Positions 37,113 to 52,100 of a DNA stretch of 64,000 nucleotides are shown piece by piece (positions within the stretch are counted from its first letter, which is position 1; the number at the start of each line of letters is the position of its first letter). The translations under genes were made by a program, and so were the position numbers. Source of the stretch: Paraphysomonas bandaiensis (Eukaryota > Protista > Chrysophyceae); assembly GCA_965644295.1 (NCBI GenBank), contig CBFFRP010000297.1:620001-684000 (forward strand), in the 5' to 3' direction. The notes beneath the pieces were generated by a model. That model did not search any database. It was given only the letters and a program-made list of their open reading frames with translations, and was not told where the DNA came from.

Positions 37113-40100
37113 ATGAAACTTTGCATTATTCATATTGTGGTTGTGTTGCTATTGTGTTCGTGTCGTGTATTGGGCACACAAAGTCCAACAAGCGTCCCTT
37201 CAGGCCAACCTTCATGTTTTCCGTCTGGAGAGCCATCTGGTCAGCCTAGTGGCCAACCAACTAGTGAACCTACCGGCGAGCCTACTACCCGACCATCTGG
37301 ACAACCTACTACTCAACCCACTGGCGAACCGTCAGGTTCGCCATCTATAATCCCTTCTGGTCAGCCGACATCTGTTCCAAGTGGCCAGCCCAGTGGGCTG
37401 CCTTCTGGTCAACCCAGTGGCCAACCTACAGGCCAACCTTCATGCGTTCCAAGTGGCCAACCAACGGGACAGCCCAGTGGTCAACCTACTGGTCAACCAT
37501 CATGTGTTCCAAGTGGGGAGCCCTCTGGTCAACCTACAGGACAACCTACAGGCCAGCCTTCATGTGTTCCAAGTGGCCAACCAACGGGACAGCCCAGTGG
37601 TCAACCTACTGGTCAACCATCATGTGTTCCAAGTGGAGAGCCAACTGGTCAACCTACAGGACAACCTACAGGCCAGCCTTCATGTGTTCCAAGTGGCCAA
37701 CCAACGGGACAGCCCAGTGGTCAACCTACTGGTCAACCATCATGTGTTCCAACTGGGGAGCCATCTGGTCAGCCTACATGCGTTCCAACTGGGGAGCCCT
37801 CTGGTCAACCTACAGGCCAACCTACAGGCCAGCCTACATGCATTCCAACTGGAGAGCCCTCTGGTCAACCTACAGGCCAACCTACGGGCCAGCCTTCATG
37901 TGTTCCAAGTGGAGAGCCATCTGGTCAACCTACAGGACAACCTACAGGCCAGCCTTCATGTGTTCCAAGTGGCCAACCAACGGGACAGCCCAGTGGCCAA
38001 CCTACTGGTCAACCATCATGCGTTCCAAGTGGAGAGCCATCTGGTCAGCCTACATGCGTTCCAACTGGAGAGCCCTCTGGTCAACCTACAGGCCAACCTA
38101 CAGGCCAGCCTACATGCATTCCAACTGGGGAGCCATCTGGTCAACCTACAGGCCAACCTACTGCTCAGCCTACATGCATTCCAAGTGGTCAGCCCTCTGG
38201 TCAACCTACAGGCCAACCTACAGGCCAGCCTACATGCGTTCCAACTGGGGAGCCATCTGGCCAACCCAGTGGCCAACCTACAGGCCAGCCTTCATGCGTT
38301 CCAACTGGAGAGCCATCTGGGCAACCGACAAGTGAACCAACAGGAGAACCGACTGGTAAACCTACTGGGCAACCAACTGGACAACCAACTGGTAAACCTA
38401 CGAGCCAGCCCACAGGCCAACCCACTGGTCAGCCTACCGGACAACCTAGTGGCCAACCAACAATGCAGCCCAGTTCTCAACCGACTGGTCTGCCTACCGG
38501 GCAACCGAGTGGTCAACCTACACGAGAGCCCAGTAGTCAGCCTTCTAGCTCACCGAGTGGTCAACCATCTGTTCAACCATCTGTTCAACCATCTGGTCAA
38601 CCTAGTGGACAACCTACAGTCCAGCCAACAGGGCAACCATCAAGCTTGCCTACTGGTCAACCTACGTCGATTCCCACAAATCAACCTACAGGTCAACCCA
38701 CGGGTCAGCCTACTGCACAGCCCACGAGCCAACCCAGTGGGCAGCCGACAGGTCAACCCACAAGTAACCCATCCAGTGTGCCATCTGGTCAACCTTCTGG
38801 ACAGCCTTCTGGACAGCCTTCTGGACAGCCTACTGGTCAACCCTCGGGTAAACCATCCGCACAGCCTACCAGCGTACCTACTGGAGAGCCCTCAGGGGAG
38901 CCCTCCGGAGAACCTACTAGTGTACCCTCAAGTTCCCCGTCTGGGCAGCCGACATCACAGCCCACAAGTGACCCTTCCGGTCATCCAACAGGCCAACCTA
39001 GTGGTCAGCCGACGGGTCAACCTACAGGTCAGCCGACTGGACAACCATCAATTCAACCTACAAGTCAACCTACTGGGTCTCCAACTGGCCAACCAACTTC
39101 ACAGCCTACTGGCGAGCCGACGGGACAACCAACTGGTCAGCCGTCAGGACAGCCTACGAGTAAACCAACCAATCAACCAACTGGTCAGCCCAGTGGTCAA
39201 CCTACCGCGGTTCCATCGAGTGAACCCACAAGTCAGCCCTCAGGCCACCCTACAAGTCAGCCAACTGGACAACCGACGGGTCAGCCAACAGGGCAGCCTA
39301 CTGGCGAACCGACCAGACAACCAACTTGTGTGCCAACAAGTCAGCCTTCTGGACAGCCATCAAGTCAGCCAACTGGTCGGCCCAGTGGTGAACCTACTGT
39401 AGCACCGTCGAGTGAGCCCACAGGTCAACCCACAGGCCAACCTACAAGCCAACCATCTGGACAGCCCACTGGACAACCGACAAGCCAGCCTACCGGCGAA
39501 CCGAGCAGTCAGCCTAGTGGTCAGCCCAGTGGTGAGCCCACAGGCCAACCTACTGGTGAGCCAACTGCCCAACCGACAAATTGCCCAACTGGGGAACCGT
39601 CTGGCCAACCGTCGAGCCAACCGTCAGGTCAACCCTCGTGTCACCCGACTGGCCAACCAAGTGGTCAGCCCACCGGACAACCTACTGGACAACCTACTGG
39701 ACAACCTTCCGGTGAACCAACATTTGTGCCTACTGGTCAGCCCACTGGGCAGCCAACTGGAGAGCCAACGGGTCAGCCTACAGGTCAGCCGACTCGTGTG
39801 CCGACGGGGCTACCTACTGGACAACCTAGTGGTCAACCTTCTTGCCAGCCTACCGGAAAACCTAGTGGTCAGCCAACAGGGCAACCTACTGGTCAACCGT
39901 CTGGTCAGCCTACTGGACAACCTAGTGGTCAACCTACTGGTCAGCCATCCGGACATCCAACTGGTCAACCCACTGGGCAGCCTACTGGGCAACCTAGTGG
40001 CCATCCTACTGGGCAACCAACCGGCCTGCCTACAGTTGAACCTACTGGCCAACCATCAGGTACTCCTTCTTGTCAGCCTACTGGGCAACCTTCAGGTCAG

Positions 40101-43100
40101 CCCACTGGACAACCGACTGGTGAGCCAAGTGGGCAGCCCACTGGACATCCTACTGGTCAACCTACTGGTCAACCTACAGGGCAACCTACAGGCCAGCCGT
40201 CTGGTCAGCCTACTGGACAGCCAACCGGTCTGCCAACTGGTCAACCTTCAGGACAGCCAACTGGACACCCTTCAGGACAGCCTACTGGACAACCCTCTGG
40301 TAAGCCGTCAGGGCAGCCCACTGGAGAGCCCACTGGGCAACCTACAAGCCAACCAACTGGTCAGCCCACTGGCCAGCCAACGAGTGAACCCACTGGGCAG
40401 CCTACAAATGATCCTAGTGGGCAACCTACAGGGCAACCTACTGGTCAGCCTACTGGCCATCCTACTGGTCAACCTACTGGTGAGCCTACTGGCCAACCAA
40501 GTGGCCAACCCACAGGACAGCCAAGTGGACAGCCTACTGGACAACCCAGTGGTATGCCGACCGGAAAACCAAGTGGCCAACCTAGTGGCGAACCGACTGG
40601 TCAACCCACCAGTCAACCTTCTTGTCAGCCTACAGGTCAGCCTACAGGTCAGCCAACTGGTGAGCCAACTAGCCAACCCACCGGCCAACCAACTGGACAA
40701 CCAAGTGGCGAACCTACTGGTCAGCCCACGGGACAACCTACTGGTCAGCCTAGCGGTGAACCAACTGGTCAGCCTACATGTCAACCTACCGGACAACCCA
40801 CTGGACAACCATCAGGCCAGCCAACTACCCAGCCTAGTGGGCAACCCACTGGACAGCCTACTAGCCTGCCGACTGGTCAGCCCACTGGGGAGCCTACTGG
40901 ACAGCCGTCTGGTCAACCTACCGGGCAGCCAACGGGTGAGCCCACATGTCTCCCTACCGGACAACCAACTGGTGAGCCCTCGGCGCAACCGACGGGTCAG
41001 CCAACTGGACAACCAAGTGCCAAGCCAAGTAGTCTACCAACTGGTCTGCCAACTGGTATGCCCACCAGTCAGCCGTCCGGCCAACCTACAGGGCAGCCGA
41101 CTGGGCAACCTACCGGGCAGCCGTCTGGTCAACCCACTGGGGAGCCTACTAGCCTGCCAACTGGTCAGCCTACTGGACAACCCACTGGTCAACCCTCTGG
41201 TCAACCTACAGGGCAGCCTACTGGACAGCCTACTGGGCAGCCGTCTGGTCAACCCACTGGGGAGCCTACTAGCCTGCCATCTGGTCAGCCTACTGGACAA
41301 CCCACTGGTCAACCCTCTGGTCAACCTACAGGTCAGCCGTCTGGTCAACCCACTGGGGAGCCTACTGGGCAGCCAACTGGTCAGCCTACTGGACAACCTA
41401 CAGGTGAACCTTCAGGTCAGCCTACAGGGCAGCCTACTGGGCAACCTACCGGGCAGCCGTCTGGTCAACCCACTGGGGAGCCTACTAGACGGCCATCAGG
41501 TCAGCCTACTGGACAACCCACTGGACAACCTTCAGGTCAGCCTACAGGGCAGCCGTCTGGTCAACCCACTGGGGAGCCTACTAGCCTACCAACTGGTCAG
41601 CCTACTGGACAACCTACTGGTGAACCTTCAGGTCAGCCTACAGGGCAGCCTACTGGGCAACCTACTGGGCAGCCGTCTGGTCAACCCACTGGGGAGCCTA
41701 CTGGTCAGCCTACTGGACAACCCTCCAGTCAACCTACTGGTCAACCCACTGGACAACCTACAGGTCAGCCGTCAGGTCAACCCACTGGGGAGCCTACTAG
41801 CCTGCCAACTGGTCAGCCCACTGGACAACCTACTGGTGAACCTTCAGGTCAGCCTACAGGTCAGCCTACTGGGCAACCTACTGGGCAGCCGTCTGGTCAA
41901 CCCACTGGGGGGCCTACTAGCCTGCCATCTGGTCAGCCTACTGGACAACCCACTGGTCAACCCTCTGGTCAACCTACAAGTCAGCCGTCTGGTCAACCCA
42001 CTGGGGAGCCTACTAGCCTACCAACTGGTCAGCCCACTGGACAACCTACAGGTGAACCTTCAGGTCAGCCTACAGGGCAGCCTACTGGGAAACCTACTGG
42101 ACAGCCGTCTGGGGAGCCTACTGGTCAACCCACTGGACAACCAACTGGACAACCCTCCAGTCAACCTACTGGTCAACCCACTGGACAACCTACAGGTCAG
42201 CCGTCTGGTCAACCCACTGGGGAGCCTACTGGGCAGCCAACTGGTCAACCCACTGGACAACCTACAGGTGAACCTTCAGGTCAGCCTACAGGGCAGCCTA
42301 CTGGACAGCCTACTGGGCAGCCGTCTGGTCAACCCACTGGGGAGCCTACTAGCCTGCCATCTGGTCAGCCTACTGGACAACCCACAGGACAACCTTCAGG
42401 TCAGCCTACAGGGCAACCTAGTGGTCAACCCACTGGGGAGCCTACTAGCCTACCAACTGGTCAGCCTACTGGACAACCTACTGGTGAACCTTCAGGTCAG
42501 CCTACAGGGCAGCCTACTGGACAGCCTACTGGGCAGCCGTCTGGTCAACCCACTGGGGAGCCTACTAGCCTGCCATCTGGTCAGCCTACTGGACAACCCA
42601 CAGGACAACCTTCAGGTCAGCCTACAGGGCAACCTACTGGTCAACCCACTGGGGAGCCTACTAGCCTACCAACTGGTCAGCCTACTGGACAACCTACTGG
42701 TGAACCTTCAGGTCAGCCTACAGGGCAGCCTACAGGGCAACCTTCTGGGCAGCCGTCTGGTCAACCCACTGGGGAGCCTACTAGCCTGCCAACTGGTCAG
42801 CCTACTGGACAACCCACTGGACAACCTTCAGGTCAGCCTACAGGGCAGCCGTCTTGTCAACCCACTGGGGAGCCTACTAGCCTACCAACTGGTCAGCCCA
42901 CTGGACAACCTACAGGTGAACCTTCAGGTCAGCCTACAGGGCAGCCTACTGGACAGCCTACTGGGCAGCCGTCTGGTCAACCCACTGGGGAGCCTACTAG
43001 CCTGCCAACTGGTCAGCCTACTGGACAACCCACTGGACAACCTTCAGGTCAGCCTACAGGGCAACCTACTGGTCAACCCACTGGGGAGCCTACTAGCCTG

Positions 43101-46100
43101 CCAACTGGTCAGCCTACTGGACAACCTACTGGTGAACCTTCAGGTCAGCCTACAGGGCAGCCGACAGGGCAACCTTCTGGGCAGCCGTCTGGTCAACCCA
43201 CTGGGGAGCCTACTAGCCTGCCAACTGGTCAGCCTACTGGACAACCCACTGGACAACCTTCAGGTCAGCCTACAGGGCAGCCGTCTGGTCAACCAACTGG
43301 GGAGCCTACTAGCCTACCAACTGGTCAGCCCACTGGACAACCTACAGGTGAACCTTCAGGTCAGCCTACAGGGCAGCCTACTGGGCAACCTACTGGGCAG
43401 CCGTCTGGGGAGCCTACTGGTCAACCCACTGGACAACCAACTGGACAACCCACTGGACAACCTACTGGACAACCTTCAGGACAACCTACAGGGCAACCTA
43501 CTGGTCAACCCACTGGGGAGCCTACTGGGCAGCCAACTGGTCAGCCCACTGGACAACCTACTGGTGAACCTTCAGGTCAGCCTACAGGGCAGCCTACAGG
43601 GCAACCTACTGGGCAGCCGTCTGGGGAGCCTACTGGTCAACCCACTGGACAACCAACTGGACAACCCACTGGACAACCTACTGGACAACCCACTGGACAA
43701 CCTACAGGTCAACCAACTGGTCAACCCACTGGGGAGCCTACTGGGCAGCCAACTGGTCAGCCCACTGGACAACCTACAGGTGAACCTTCAGGTCAACCTA
43801 CAGGGCAGCCTACTGGGCAACCTACTGGGCAGCCGTCTGGGGAGCCTACTGGTCAACCCACTGGACAACCAACTGGACAACCCTCCAGTCAACCTACTGG
43901 ACAACCCACTGGACAACCTACAGGTCAACCAACTGGTCAACCCACTGGGGAGCCTACTGGGCAGCCAACTGGTCAGCCCACTGGACAACCTACAGGTGAA
44001 CCTTCAGGTCAACCTACAGGGCAGCCTACTGGGAAACCTACTGGGCAGCCGTCTGGGGAGCCTACTGGTCAACCCACTGGACAACCAACTGGACAACCCA
44101 CTGGACAACCTACTGGACAACCCACTGGACAACCTACAGGTCAACCAACTGGTCAACCCACTGGGGAGCCTACTGGTCAACCCACTGGACAACCAACAGG
44201 CCAACCGTCCAGTCAACCTTCTGGTCAACCGACAGGCCAGCCAACTGGTCAACCCACTGGGGAGCCTACTGGGCAGCCAACTGGTCAGCCCACTGGACAA
44301 CCTACAGGTGAACCTTCAGGTCAGCCTACAGGGCAACCCACAGGCGAACCCACAGGACAACCCTCAGGTGAACCTTCAGGTCAACCCACAGGACAGCCTA
44401 CTGGGCAACCAACTGGTCGGCCTACTGGCCAGCCCACAGGTCAGCCGACTTGTGTTCCTTCTGGTCAACCTTCAGGTCAGCCTACTGGCCAGCCTACTGG
44501 GGAACCGACAGGCCAGCCAACCGGTCAACCAAGTGGCCAGCCTTCGGGACAACCAACAGGTCAGCCCAGTGGTCAGCCTACAGGCCAACCCACTGGGGAG
44601 CCGAGTAGTCAACCATCAGGTCAGCCGAGTGGACAACCCACAGGGGAACCTACTGGGGAACCGACAGGTCAACCAACCGGTCAACCAAGTGGTCAGCCTT
44701 CGGGCCAGCCCACAGGTCAGCCCACTGGACTACCTACTGGTCAGCCTACTGGGGAACCTACAGGTGAACCTACAGGTCAGCCGAGTGGACAACCCACAGG
44801 GGAGCCTACTGGACAGCCAACTAGCCAACCTACAGGTCAGCCGTCTGGACAACCCACAGGTCAGCCCACAGGGCAGCCTACTGGGCAGCCGACTGGGCAA
44901 CCCACTGGGCAGCCTACTGGACAGCCTACTGGGCAACCAACAGGCCAGCCGTCCAGTCAACCTACTGGTCAACCGACAGGCCAGCCAACTGGTCAACCCA
45001 CTGGAGAGCCTACTGGGCAGCCAACTGGTCAGCCCACTGGACAACCTACAGGTGAACCTTCAGGTCAGCCTACAGGGCAACCCACAGGCGAACCCACAGG
45101 ACAACCCTCAGGTGAACCTTCAGGTCAACCCACAGGACAGCCTACTGGGCAACCAACTGGTCAGCCTACTGGCCAGCCCACAGGTCAGCCGACTTGTGTT
45201 CCTTCTGGTCAACCTTCAGGTCAGCCTACTGGCCAGCCTACTGGGGAACCGACAGGCCAGCCAACCGGTCAACCAAGTGGCCAGCCTTCGGGACAACCAA
45301 CAGGTCAGCCCAGTGGTCAGCCTACAGGCCAACCCACTGGGGAGCCGAGTAGTCAACCATCAGGTCAGCCGAGTGGACAACCCACAGGGGAACCTACTGG
45401 GGAACCGACAGGTCAACCAACCGGTCAACCAAGTGGTCAGCCTTCGGGCCAGCCCACAGGTCAGCCCACTGGACAACCCACGGGAGAGCCTTCTGGCCAG
45501 CCTTCGGGACAACCAACTGGTCAGCCCACAGGTCAGCCTACTGGTCAGCCTACTGGGGAACCGAGTAGTCAACCTACAGGTCAGCCGAGTGGACAACCCA
45601 CAGGGGAGCCTACTGGACAGCCAACTAGCCAACCTACAGGTCAGCCGTCTGGACAACCCACAGGTCAACCCACAGGGGAACCTACCGGGCAGCCGACTGG
45701 GCAACCCACTGGGCAGCCTACTGGACAGCCTACTGGGCAACCAACAGGCCAACCTACTGGTCAACCTACAGGTCAGCCAACGGGACAACCCAGCGGGCAG
45801 CCTACAGGACAACCAACGAGCAACCCATCAATATCACACAATCCTACTTCGATGCCGTCTTCTCTTCCCTCATTTATACCGACATCTGTTCCATCTCAGT
45901 CACCATCACTATCGAGCATTTCAAGTTTCAGTGAAGATGTTAGTGGGCTCTTTAATGACCTTTCCGCTTCTTCGTATGAGTGGTATGTTGAATCCTTTTA
46001 CAACGGAAATCAGGTTTTTGGAGGGTGTTCGTCGTGGACTGCATTTAGAAAGACGAGTTTACCCCGTCGTGGCCTTTCTGCCTATCCTGTATGGATCGAC

Positions 46101-49100
46101 TTTTTGCAATATTACAACTGGCCGATTAGTGAAATGACAAATGTGGCATGCTCAAATCAATCAGGAATTGTAGCTATTACCAATGCTCTCATATTCTCAA
46201 CTCAAGAGAATATCACGTGTGAAAACCATATCTGGCGAATTAAAAAATGCCCGAGCAATGCCATTGCACTCTGCGTTGACTGTGATAACCCCTGCGAGCC
46301 ATATTCTTCATATTGTGATATATTCCCGAAACTCGAAACTGCTCCGTGCTCTGGCATGAATACAAAGGATCCAGTGTGTCCTTTTCCAACAGGCATGGCA
46401 AGATTGCTGAAATTGAAATATGTACAATATGATCCAGCACCGACAGTCACCTCCATCGTCGCTAATAATACTGGAGTCAATTCCGTGTCTGTGTCGCTTG
46501 AAGTCAGTGGCAATGGAACTGTGTACTGTTTGGCCTTGGTAAACCCAGATGTGCCTTACGCTGTGTCTCAGGTGGTGGTTCTTGGACAACAGGCGACTGT
46601 TTTTGTCGGTCAGAGTACCATTCTACCTTTTAATAATTTACAGAGCTCGACGTCGTACAATGTATTTTGCGTGGTGGAATCCTTGGAAGGATCGAGGTCG
46701 TCACTCAGCGAAACTCTGGCATCTAAGTTAGAAGTTTCCACATTATGCTGCAAGAGAGTTACTGTGGCGACTGATATAAACTCCAAGATATATGTTGAAG
46801 GGGACTCGTTGTTAGATATTATATCAGTATCTCTGGAAAGTGCCCCATCTGTATCACTCCACTTAAATATTACCATAACGTTTACGTCATCTGTTGATAG
46901 TTCTGTGAGCGATTATACGTCGTATTTGTATCCAAACAGCGTCGTCCAATATACAACTGCAGTTGAAAACGATGTATACTCTTTGAATAGAGTTGCAGAG
47001 CCTGGAACTTATACTATGGCGTTTTTCATTCATGGTGTGTCGTCGTCAGAGTTCTCATTGAGCACAGTTGGGAGCACATCGTTCACAGTATTGAGTAAGA
47101 ACGAGGAGCCTGCAGTACCACAACCAGTTACAGCTCAATTTGGGAATTACGGGAAGTTTGTATATATTGTATTTAATTCGGCTACAAATATGGGTAATCT
47201 GCCATTTGGCACGTTTGCTTGCAGTAAGTTGTTTTCATTTACAAACAGTCCGACGACGACTTGTCGTTGGGTATCAAGCAAGAATTGCTCAGTTTCATTA
47301 GCAACAAACACGAACTTGGTCATGGGATCTGAGATAATTGTTTTGAGTAACAGGTTACGCGCACAATGCACTGCTGCAAGCTGTTCCTCATGGGCGTATG
47401 TACCGAAAACTACTATCAGTATTAGGCCCCCACAATCCGTATTAGTTCCAACTGTAAGGGTGTCCACAGCGTCGTATCTAGGAATGTGTGACGACATGAA
47501 ATGGGACTTGGCGAGCTCTACTGGATCGGGAGGTCGTGATTGGTCATCTATAACATTCACTGTTTCCAGTACAACGGCATCTGCATCATCCCTTTCCACG
47601 TTGCAGTCATATATGAATACACTTGGACTCTCCCCGTATCGAGCCCCTCTTATAATCCCGAGATCGTATTTGTCGCCGTCAACTACTTACACTATTACCA
47701 CCACCATGTGTAATTTTCTGTCTGGATGCGGGTCTACGAAGACTGTGGTCACTGTCATTCCTTCAGCTGCTCCGAGGGTTGTCATCAGTGGGTCCTCCTT
47801 AAGAACAATAGTGCGTTCCGACTCGCTGTCATTGAAAGCAACGGCGACAACAGCTAATTGCGACTCAGGACGAGAGATTTCGTCTTCTAGTAATATTGTG
47901 TACAGTTGGGCAGTCTTCGATTCGGATAGCAAGCAAATTACATCTCTGCAATCGTCATCCAAGTCATCGAATATATTTCTGTTGAAGCCATACTCTCTAT
48001 CAGTAAACCAAGCATACACCTTTACTGTCACAGCGTATGACAGAGTTCTTGAGCAAGCGTCCTCAACAAGTGTCACTGTACTTGTTTCTTCACTTGGAGT
48101 GAAAGCTATTATTGCTGGAGGGTACGAAAAGTCTCTACCGCTTGGACAGTCTATAACATTGGATGCATCTTACAGCTACGACCTCAACGAGCCTGTAGCA
48201 CATTTACCATCGTTTGTATACACCTGGACTTGCACTCAATACCTACCAGTCTTGAGTGTTACCTGTCCTTTGAAGTTCACGTCGGGTGTAACTGGCAAGC
48301 GAGTCAAAACAGTAGAGTTAGAGACATTAGATACTTCTGCCAATACAACCGCGGCGATCAGTGTAACTGTGGATGCAGAAGGCGGTAGAACCAGCACTGC
48401 TACTGTGCTTGTGGAAGTCGCTGATCCACATACCCCAACCATAGTGTTCGATACTGTCCTTAGAGGTGTTAAGTTGAATCCATCCAAGAAGATAACTGTG
48501 AGTGCGAATATCCAGACAGCACAAACCTGTATGATGTCATGGAGTGTCAATGAAAGAGGCTTCTCAGAAAATCCGGATTTCAACTTGAAGTCAAGGGCCA
48601 CCACCCCGGTGTCACGTTTGCTGACTGTGAATAACCCAGGTACACCTTTGCTCTATGCCTCTAATCTGGTGTTAAAGCCCGATGCCTTGGATGGTGGAGT
48701 AACATACGTGTTTACATTAAGCTGTGTTACAACTGATACTTCAAGTGTGCGTTCCTTTGAAAAAATCGAAATAATTACGAATGGCCCGCCTTCGGATGGG
48801 AGTCTGATGATTTCTCCCTCTGATGGTGAGGAGCTGTTGACTGTGTTCACCTTTAGCGCATACAATTGGAACGACGATGATATCCCCATTACCTTCGAGT
48901 TTGGCTACATATCTTCAAAGGGAGACGATTTAGTGCTTCAATCTCGCTCAGAGACTGTTGAATTGAGCACAATAATGTCCAAAGGTCGTGCACCTCGTTT
49001 TGCGGTGGTTACATCGGTTACTGTGTATGACTCTTTGAATGCAAACACATCGTCATTTCAGACTATAACAGTGAGACATCAATCGAATGACACTGACACT

Positions 49101-52100
49101 TTAAGCACTGTTGAAGATCTACTGAGCTCAAGCAGTGTAAGTGAAGGACAACTGTCTGTTATATCAGGAGCTCTCAATGAAGTCAATTGCACCAATGCTC
49201 CTGACTGTGCGGCATTGAATCGCGGCGACTGTTTTGAGTTTCCTCACACATGCGGATATTGCCTAGAGGGATACGTAGGAGAAGATGGAAGTGCTAATTT
49301 CGAGTGCATAGCGGAGTCTCTTGTTCAAGGATCCATCAGATCAAGGTATCTGGCATCGGTTACAAGTGTATCCTGTGATTCAGGGTGTGGAGTATGGGAA
49401 CACTGTGAACTGGACCCTTCCTCTGGCAGAGGTGTCTGTGTCAAGGATTCAAAGGAGTGTGCTGACACTACATGCTCGAACCATGGTGTGTGTGTGTATT
49501 TTTCAAACAGAGGAGCACCTGTCAGTAGCTGTTATACAGGTTCATTAACGTGTCATGCACAATGTATTTGTCATGATGGATATGCTGGACCAGTGTGCTC
49601 ATACACCGCAACAGAATTTGATGATAAAGTACTTCTTCGTGAGCAGTCTATTTCAACATTTCTGGTTTTGCTTGCGACCCAAGACAACAATGCAGAGACA
49701 ATTGCCAGAAATATTGATTCACTTGCAGCACTCTGTCAACAGAAGAGCGAGATTTCTTTGTCCGCTGCTGTTAACGTTTTAGAAGCTATTGAAACTATTG
49801 TAACTGCAAGTTCGGGTTTATCTGTACAGACCCAAGTTCTAGCCAAACTGTTTTTCTCTGTCAACGCAGCTTTCGAAGTTCTTTCTCCAACTATTGACCG
49901 CTCCTATTTGGTGAACATTGTTGACGACTTATGCGCCGCAATTTTATCCGAAATGTTAGTGGGAGAAGATCCGGCCACTGAAGTTGAGTCATTCTTGCGC
50001 CTGTCGATCGTCTCGCTTGATGCTACTGGGGAACAAAACGTAAGTCTCTCCGCACCTCTAACAACGTACGAATCTGTGATTGGTGTGTCGAGTGACGATA
50101 TTGTTCTATCTAACTTGGACGACACTTTCAGCGACAATAAGGTGCAAGGGTGGATTTCGGTGCTGAATTCGTTGTATGTACTGAAATCAGATGGTAGACC
50201 GGCTTTTATCTCCGATATTTTACGAGTGAATTTTTTGCCTTCGTATGGGTTCTTCGCCAACAACACAAATTCGTCGGCTCTTATTACGATACAGAATGAC
50301 GAATCGCAGTCTTTCGATAACACTTCTGTGAGTGATAGTTGGCGCTACTCTGTAACCACAACATGTCACGCTGATGATGAAGGGTATATTGCGTTGAGTT
50401 GTCCAATGTCTGGTCTAGAGTTTTCAGTATATTGCAACAAAACTGCAGGTATATTCACCACCCTCTGCCCTTCTAGATCACTGGAAGTAATTCCCCAGTG
50501 CGTACCTTGGAACGGAACGGGGACCGTACCAACGGCTTGCTCTCTAGTATCATTCGATGCCACAAGTACCACTTGCCTGTGTCCACTGAAGGATTCACTT
50601 TTGGGAAATATTCTCTCTGACAATGGCCGACGAAGACTGACTGTTAAAAATGTCCATACTCTACAACTGGCTACAGCTATAAACAAAGTGTATTCATTCG
50701 GAGACGCTACTATAACTTCAGATTTCACTCCTTTTGAAAATTTCAAATTTGTTGCTGGAACAACTACCATGTACTCTCTGGTTGCCCTGGTCATTCTCGG
50801 CGCAGTGACTATTTTATGTGGATACTTTTGTGAATATCAGGTGGAAGAGCTCTCTACAATAGATGAACACAAGGTATTCATCGAAGAAGATCTTAAAGTG
50901 AAACAACTTGAGGTAATTGCAGATGGTGTGAATAATAGTAGTCGCGCTACTGATGTGGTGGAAAAGGCTTTGCCTCATGTTTATCATGGGGCGTTGGAAG
51001 GGTTGTCTTGGACACGACTAATGATGCATGAGTTGATGAACTACCACAAGTGGCTGCAAGTTGTATTGATATTTATTTCGCCGGCAGTTCCTCAAGTTGG
51101 CATGTATCGAAATTTACTATTAGATAGTATAATGCTCTTGTGTGACGCTGTCACTATGTTTTTTATACAGGGCCTTGTGTGCATAATATTTGATCCTCTA
51201 CGCATCGATAATGAGACGTGTATTCACTATGACACCGAGCAAAAGTGCCATCACAAGTATATTTTGGTGTCAAGCTTTGGACAGTTCATTGGTAGAAGAT
51301 GTGAGTGGGACGACAACGACCAGTCTTGCAATCTCCGCTCTCCTGCCGCGTCTTTATGGAGCATCGCAGTTGGTGCCTGCGTGGCAGCTGTACTCAGCAT
51401 ACCACTTTGTCATTGTGTACGATATCTTATGAGGTACTACATCGTGGTCCCGTCACTCAAAAGTAGTGTAGCGACTCGAGGATATAATTGGGTGCTACAT
51501 TTTTTACCATCTTCCTTTATCGCTTGGGTTGTTAGAGGTAGAAGATGTCATAATCCGTGGGTGCGTGTATTCGATATGTTAGAAATTAGCCGGGAGTATG
51601 AGTATATATATAGTGCTGCAGAGAGTGATTTACTTGTCCTCAAGGGCAAAGTAGCGAATCACTTGCGAACACTCTCTTCACCTGGGGAGAAGAAGCAATT
51701 TGCGATGTTTTGGGGCATTCGTAGTGGACTTTTCAATGATAACTCTTCTATAGACGAAAGTGACAGTAGTTCTCATGATTCGGAAAGATATTCGAGTGAG
51801 CTCAATGACGACATTTTTATGAAGGAACTTATTCGAGTTCACACAGCTATATCACGAGAGCAGAGTGTTATTTTGCGTAAGCTGAAGTATTCTGAAAATC
51901 CTCTTGATGAATTCCGTGTAGTGCAGCTGCTAGTTGAAGATTTGTTATCTGACGCAGAGTGCTCCATATTCAAATGGAAGTGTGTGCGGGATGAACACAT
52001 TGCTGGAAATTTTGAGCCAAAGTACATCGGAGTCAAACTGCTGGCCATGTCCGTTGTGTTTACCTACCTATGGCTTGCAGTTGTTTTTATTTTCTTTTTT

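Noticed and set aside
37381-46137. Long alternative-frame and antisense ORFs (673 aa, 2241 aa and others)
   Set aside because: They are shadows of the 12-bp coding repeat; only the main frame has a signal peptide and downstream domains.
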